Source: Acidimicrobiia bacterium (GTDB taxonomy: Bacteria; Actinomycetota; Acidimicrobiia; Spongiisociales; UBA11373). From it: DNA of 64,000 bases. The position numbers were made by a program, and so were the translations under genes. The stretch is taken from NCBI GenBank assembly GCA_036478235.1, contig JAZGDZ010000040.1, forward strand, positions 80,670 through 144,669. The letters run 5' to 3'. A model generated the notes under the pieces. That model did not search any database, had not been told where the DNA came from, and saw only the letters and a list, made by a program, of their open reading frames with translations. Positions 61,591-64,000 of this stretch are shown piece by piece. The number at the start of each line of letters is the position of its first letter. Within the stretch, counting starts at the first letter, position 1.

Positions 61591-63950
61591 GAGAAGCCCT
61601 CCGGAATCTTCACCCTGGTGAGCCTGCCGAAGTCGAATTTGGGAACACCCTCGGGTCCGATGCGGCCGTTTCCGCCGCGGCTTGCTTCCCTCAAGGCCTT
61701 GACGACCCTGTCGGGCGTGATCGGCACCTCATCGGCCCTGATCCCGAGGGCGTCGTGGACCGCGTTGGCCACGGCAGGCACAACCGGAAGAAGCGGGCCC
61801 TGGCCGACCTCCTTGGCACCGAAGGGACCCTCGGGGTCATTGGTCTCCACCAGAATCGACTCGACCGGCGGCATTTCGAGGAAAGTCGGGGTCTTGTAGC
61901 CGAGCAACGACGGACCCTTGTGGAGCGCCCCGCGATAAGCCTGCTCCTCCATGAGGGCCTCGCCGAGTGCCATGTAGACCCCGCCCTCGATCTGCCCCTC
62001 GACGAGAAGAGGATTGAGCGCCCGGCCGATATCGTGCGCCAGCCACACCTTGGTCACCTTCACCTCGCCGGTCTCCGCGTCGCAGTCGACCTCCACCACC
62101 GCCACCGAATACGAGTAGGCGGGCGAGATCCCCACCCCGGCCCCCCGATAGGGCCCGGCGAGGTCGGGTGCCCGGTACGAGCCGGACGCGATGAGGGGGC
62201 CACCCCGGGCAATGGCCGCCCGGACCGCATCGGCCCACGACAGGGTCTTTTCCCCGTCGGCTTCGGCGCCGACCCTGCCCCCGGCGGCGGCAACGCCGTC
62301 CTCCGGCAGCCCTAACTCGTCGGCCACCGCCGCAGCCACCCGGTCCCGGATCCCTTCAGCCGCCTCTTTCGCGGCGTTGCCGGCCATGAAGGTCACCCGG
62401 CTCGAGTAGGAGCCAAGGTCCACCGGCGTCAGGTCGGTGTCGGCGGTGACCATCGTGATGTCGGCGGTGTCGAGTCCCAGCACCTCGGCCACGATCATCG
62501 CCAGCACCGAAGTGGAGCCCTGGCCGACGTCGGCCGCCATCGAGAACACAGTGACACCACCGCCCCGATCCACCTTGATCTCGACCTCGGACTGCGGCAT
62601 GTCGTTCCAATAGATGGGGAGCCCGGCACCCGAGAGGTAGGCCCCGACGGCGAGGCCGATCCCTTTGCCCTCGGGCAGGGTGCCGTGTTTGGCGAAGAAG
62701 CCCGAAGCCTCGACCACCCGGTCCAAGCATTCGGCGAGCCCGCAGCTGGTAATACGAAGGTGGTTGACTGTCATCGAGAAGGGCTCGACCAAGTTGCGCC
62801 TGCGGATGGTCACCGGGTCGAGGCCGAGGTCGGCCGCCGCTTCGTCCAACTGGCATTCGAGCGCAAACCGAGGCTGGGGCGTCCCGTGGCCTCGCTTGGG
62901 CCCACAGGGCGGCTTGTTGGTGAAGACCCGAACCCCCTCGAACTTGTAGTTGGGGATGCGATAGGTGGTGGTCTGCAGCGCCCCGGTGTAGAGGAGAGAG
63001 GCGGCCCCGTAGGAACCGTAGGCGCCTCCGTCGAGGAAGCTTCGGAAGTGCATGGCGGTGATGCGGCCCTCGGGGTCGAACCCGGTCTTGACCCACATCA
63101 GCACCGGGTGCCGACCGCGGTGGGCGTAGAACACCTGCTCCCGGGAGAGGACGATCTTGACCGGACGCCCGGTGACCATCGCCAGCTTGGCGGCGACTAT
63201 CTCGTGACTGAAGGGGTCGGTCTTGCCCCCGAATCCGCCGCCGACCGGCGTGGCGATGACCCGGATCCGGCCGGCGGGTATCTCGAGCACCTTCTCCAGC
63301 GTGCGGTGCACGTAGTGCGGCACCTGGGTGGAGGACCACAGCGTCAACCGCCCGTCGTGCCCGGCGGATGCCACCGCCGCATGCTGTTCGAGGGCAGCGT
63401 GATTGCTGCCCCGGAAGAAGTAGACGTTCTCCCGCACCGCATGGGCGGCCTCGAATCCCGACTCGACGTCTCCGAACTCAAGCGCCGCCCTGCGGTGCAC
63501 GTTGTCGCCCTCGACCTCGCCGTGTATCCGGGTGCCCGACGCCAGGGCCTCGTCGATGCTCGTCACTACATCGAGCGGCTCGTACTCGATGTCGATGAGA
63601 GCCAGCGCCTGTTCTGCCGTTTCGGCGTCCACCGCGGCCACTCCCGCCACCGGCTCGCCCACGTAGCGCACCTTGTCCACCGCCAGTGCGTGCTCGTCCT
63701 GGCTGACGGGGAGGATCCCGTAGGGAATCGGGAGATCGGCTCCGGTGATAACAGCACGGACCCCGGGAAGGGTTTCCGCCGCTGCGGTGTCGATGCGAAG
63801 GATGCGGGCATGGGCCTGGGACGACTGGAGCAGGCCTCCGACCAGCATCCCGGGAAGAGTGATGTCGCCGGCGTAGGTGGTGCGGCCGGTCACCTGCTCG
63901 GCGGCGTCGACCCGCGGGCCGGGGCGCCCCACCACCGCATGACCCATCAT
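61587..63950 (-). CDS. molybdopterin-binding large subunit of a xanthine dehydrogenase/aldehyde oxidase-family hydroxylase
   Basis: 787 aa. 'TGRTTYAGDI', 'GGGFGGK', 'GGAYGSYG' and 'GPFGAKEVGQGPL' are typical family blocks. The active-site loop is not the CO-dehydrogenase type. Confidence 0.9.
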   Translation of the reverse strand: MMGHAVVGRPGPRVDAAEQVTGRTTYAGDITLPGMLVGGLLQSSQAHARILRIDTAAAETLPGVRAVITGADLPIPYGILPVSQDEHALAVDKVRYVGEPVAGVAAVDAETAEQALALIDIEYEPLDVVTSIDEALASGTRIHGEVEGDNVHRRAALEFGDVESGFEAAHAVRENVYFFRGSNHAALEQHAAVASAGHDGRLTLWSSTQVPHYVHRTLEKVLEIPAGRIRVIATPVGGGFGGKTDPFSHEIVAAKLAMVTGRPVKIVLSREQVFYAHRGRHPVLMWVKTGFDPEGRITAMHFRSFLDGGAYGSYGAASLLYTGALQTTTYRIPNYKFEGVRVFTNKPPCGPKRGHGTPQPRFALECQLDEAAADLGLDPVTIRRRNLVEPFSMTVNHLRITSCGLAECLDRVVEASGFFAKHGTLPEGKGIGLAVGAYLSGAGLPIYWNDMPQSEVEIKVDRGGGVTVFSMAADVGQGSTSVLAMIVAEVLGLDTADITMVTADTDLTPVDLGSYSSRVTFMAGNAAKEAAEGIRDRVAAAVADELGLPEDGVAAAGGRVGAEADGEKTLSWADAVRAAIARGGPLIASGSYRAPDLAGPYRGAGVGISPAYSYSVAVVEVDCDAETGEVKVTKVWLAHDIGRALNPLLVEGQIEGGVYMALGEALMEEQAYRGALHKGPSLLGYKTPTFLEMPPVESILVETNDPEGPFGAKEVGQGPLLPVVPAVANAVHDALGIRADEVPITPDRVVKALREASRGGNGRIGPEGVPKFDFGRLTRVKIPEGFS

Positions 63951-64000
63951 CGGGCCCTCCGGGCAGCAAGGCTCACCGCATCCAGGATCTTGATGTATCC
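63947..64000 (-). CDS. C-terminal end of the [2Fe-2S] small subunit (partial, runs off the window)
   Basis: 'GYIKILDAVSLAARRAR*' with ATGA overlap onto the large-subunit start. Position matches CoxS-type subunits. Confidence 0.5.
   Translation of the reverse strand, partial: GYIKILDAVSLAARRAR

Noticed and set aside
61587-63950. Calling the CoxL-like gene an aerobic CO dehydrogenase
   Set aside because: The active-site loop reads 'GGAYGSYG', not the form I 'AYxCSFR' motif (nor the form II 'AYRGAGR'). It is annotated only as a generic molybdenum hydroxylase.

Overview
High-GC chromosomal segment that looks actinobacterial: it has NucS, UdgB, a DUF222-HNH protein, an LLM-type oxidoreductase, and suf genes with a Rieske insert. 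Most of it is densely packed housekeeping. This includes two acyl-CoA mutase catalytic subunits, a class A PBP, a SpoIID/PG-binding protein, pepA, a PduO-type adenosyltransferase, sat-cysC, tkt, infA, and a CoxLMS-like molybdenum hydroxylase. One operon (lpd, fused E1 alpha/beta, E2, fused LipB-LipA) covers a whole 2-oxoacid dehydrogenase. The suf Fe-S genes are scattered in three blocks. The main finding is a ~9.16-kb island (45748-54902) inserted inside nucS, the gene for the actinobacterial mismatch-repair endonuclease. Both gene halves and the att junctions can be reconstructed from the sequence. A large serine recombinase gene lies 60 bp inside one junction. The island also carries an orphan HK97-type major capsid gene, a Ymh/TIGR02391 protein, three tandem small HTH paralogs, iteron-like repeats and several unknown genes, but no terminase, portal or tail genes. 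The 3' nucS fragment additionally has a +1 frameshift. The second notable feature is a family of intergenic heptanucleotide tandem arrays between 35 and 57 kb, often paired with 6/7-complementary inverted arrays. There are also a ~175-bp GC-rich repeat (3.5 copies), a duplicated ~100-bp 5' module and a recurring 17-nt motif. No rRNA, tRNA or CRISPR was found. All calls come from reading the sequence and translations by eye, with no database searches.
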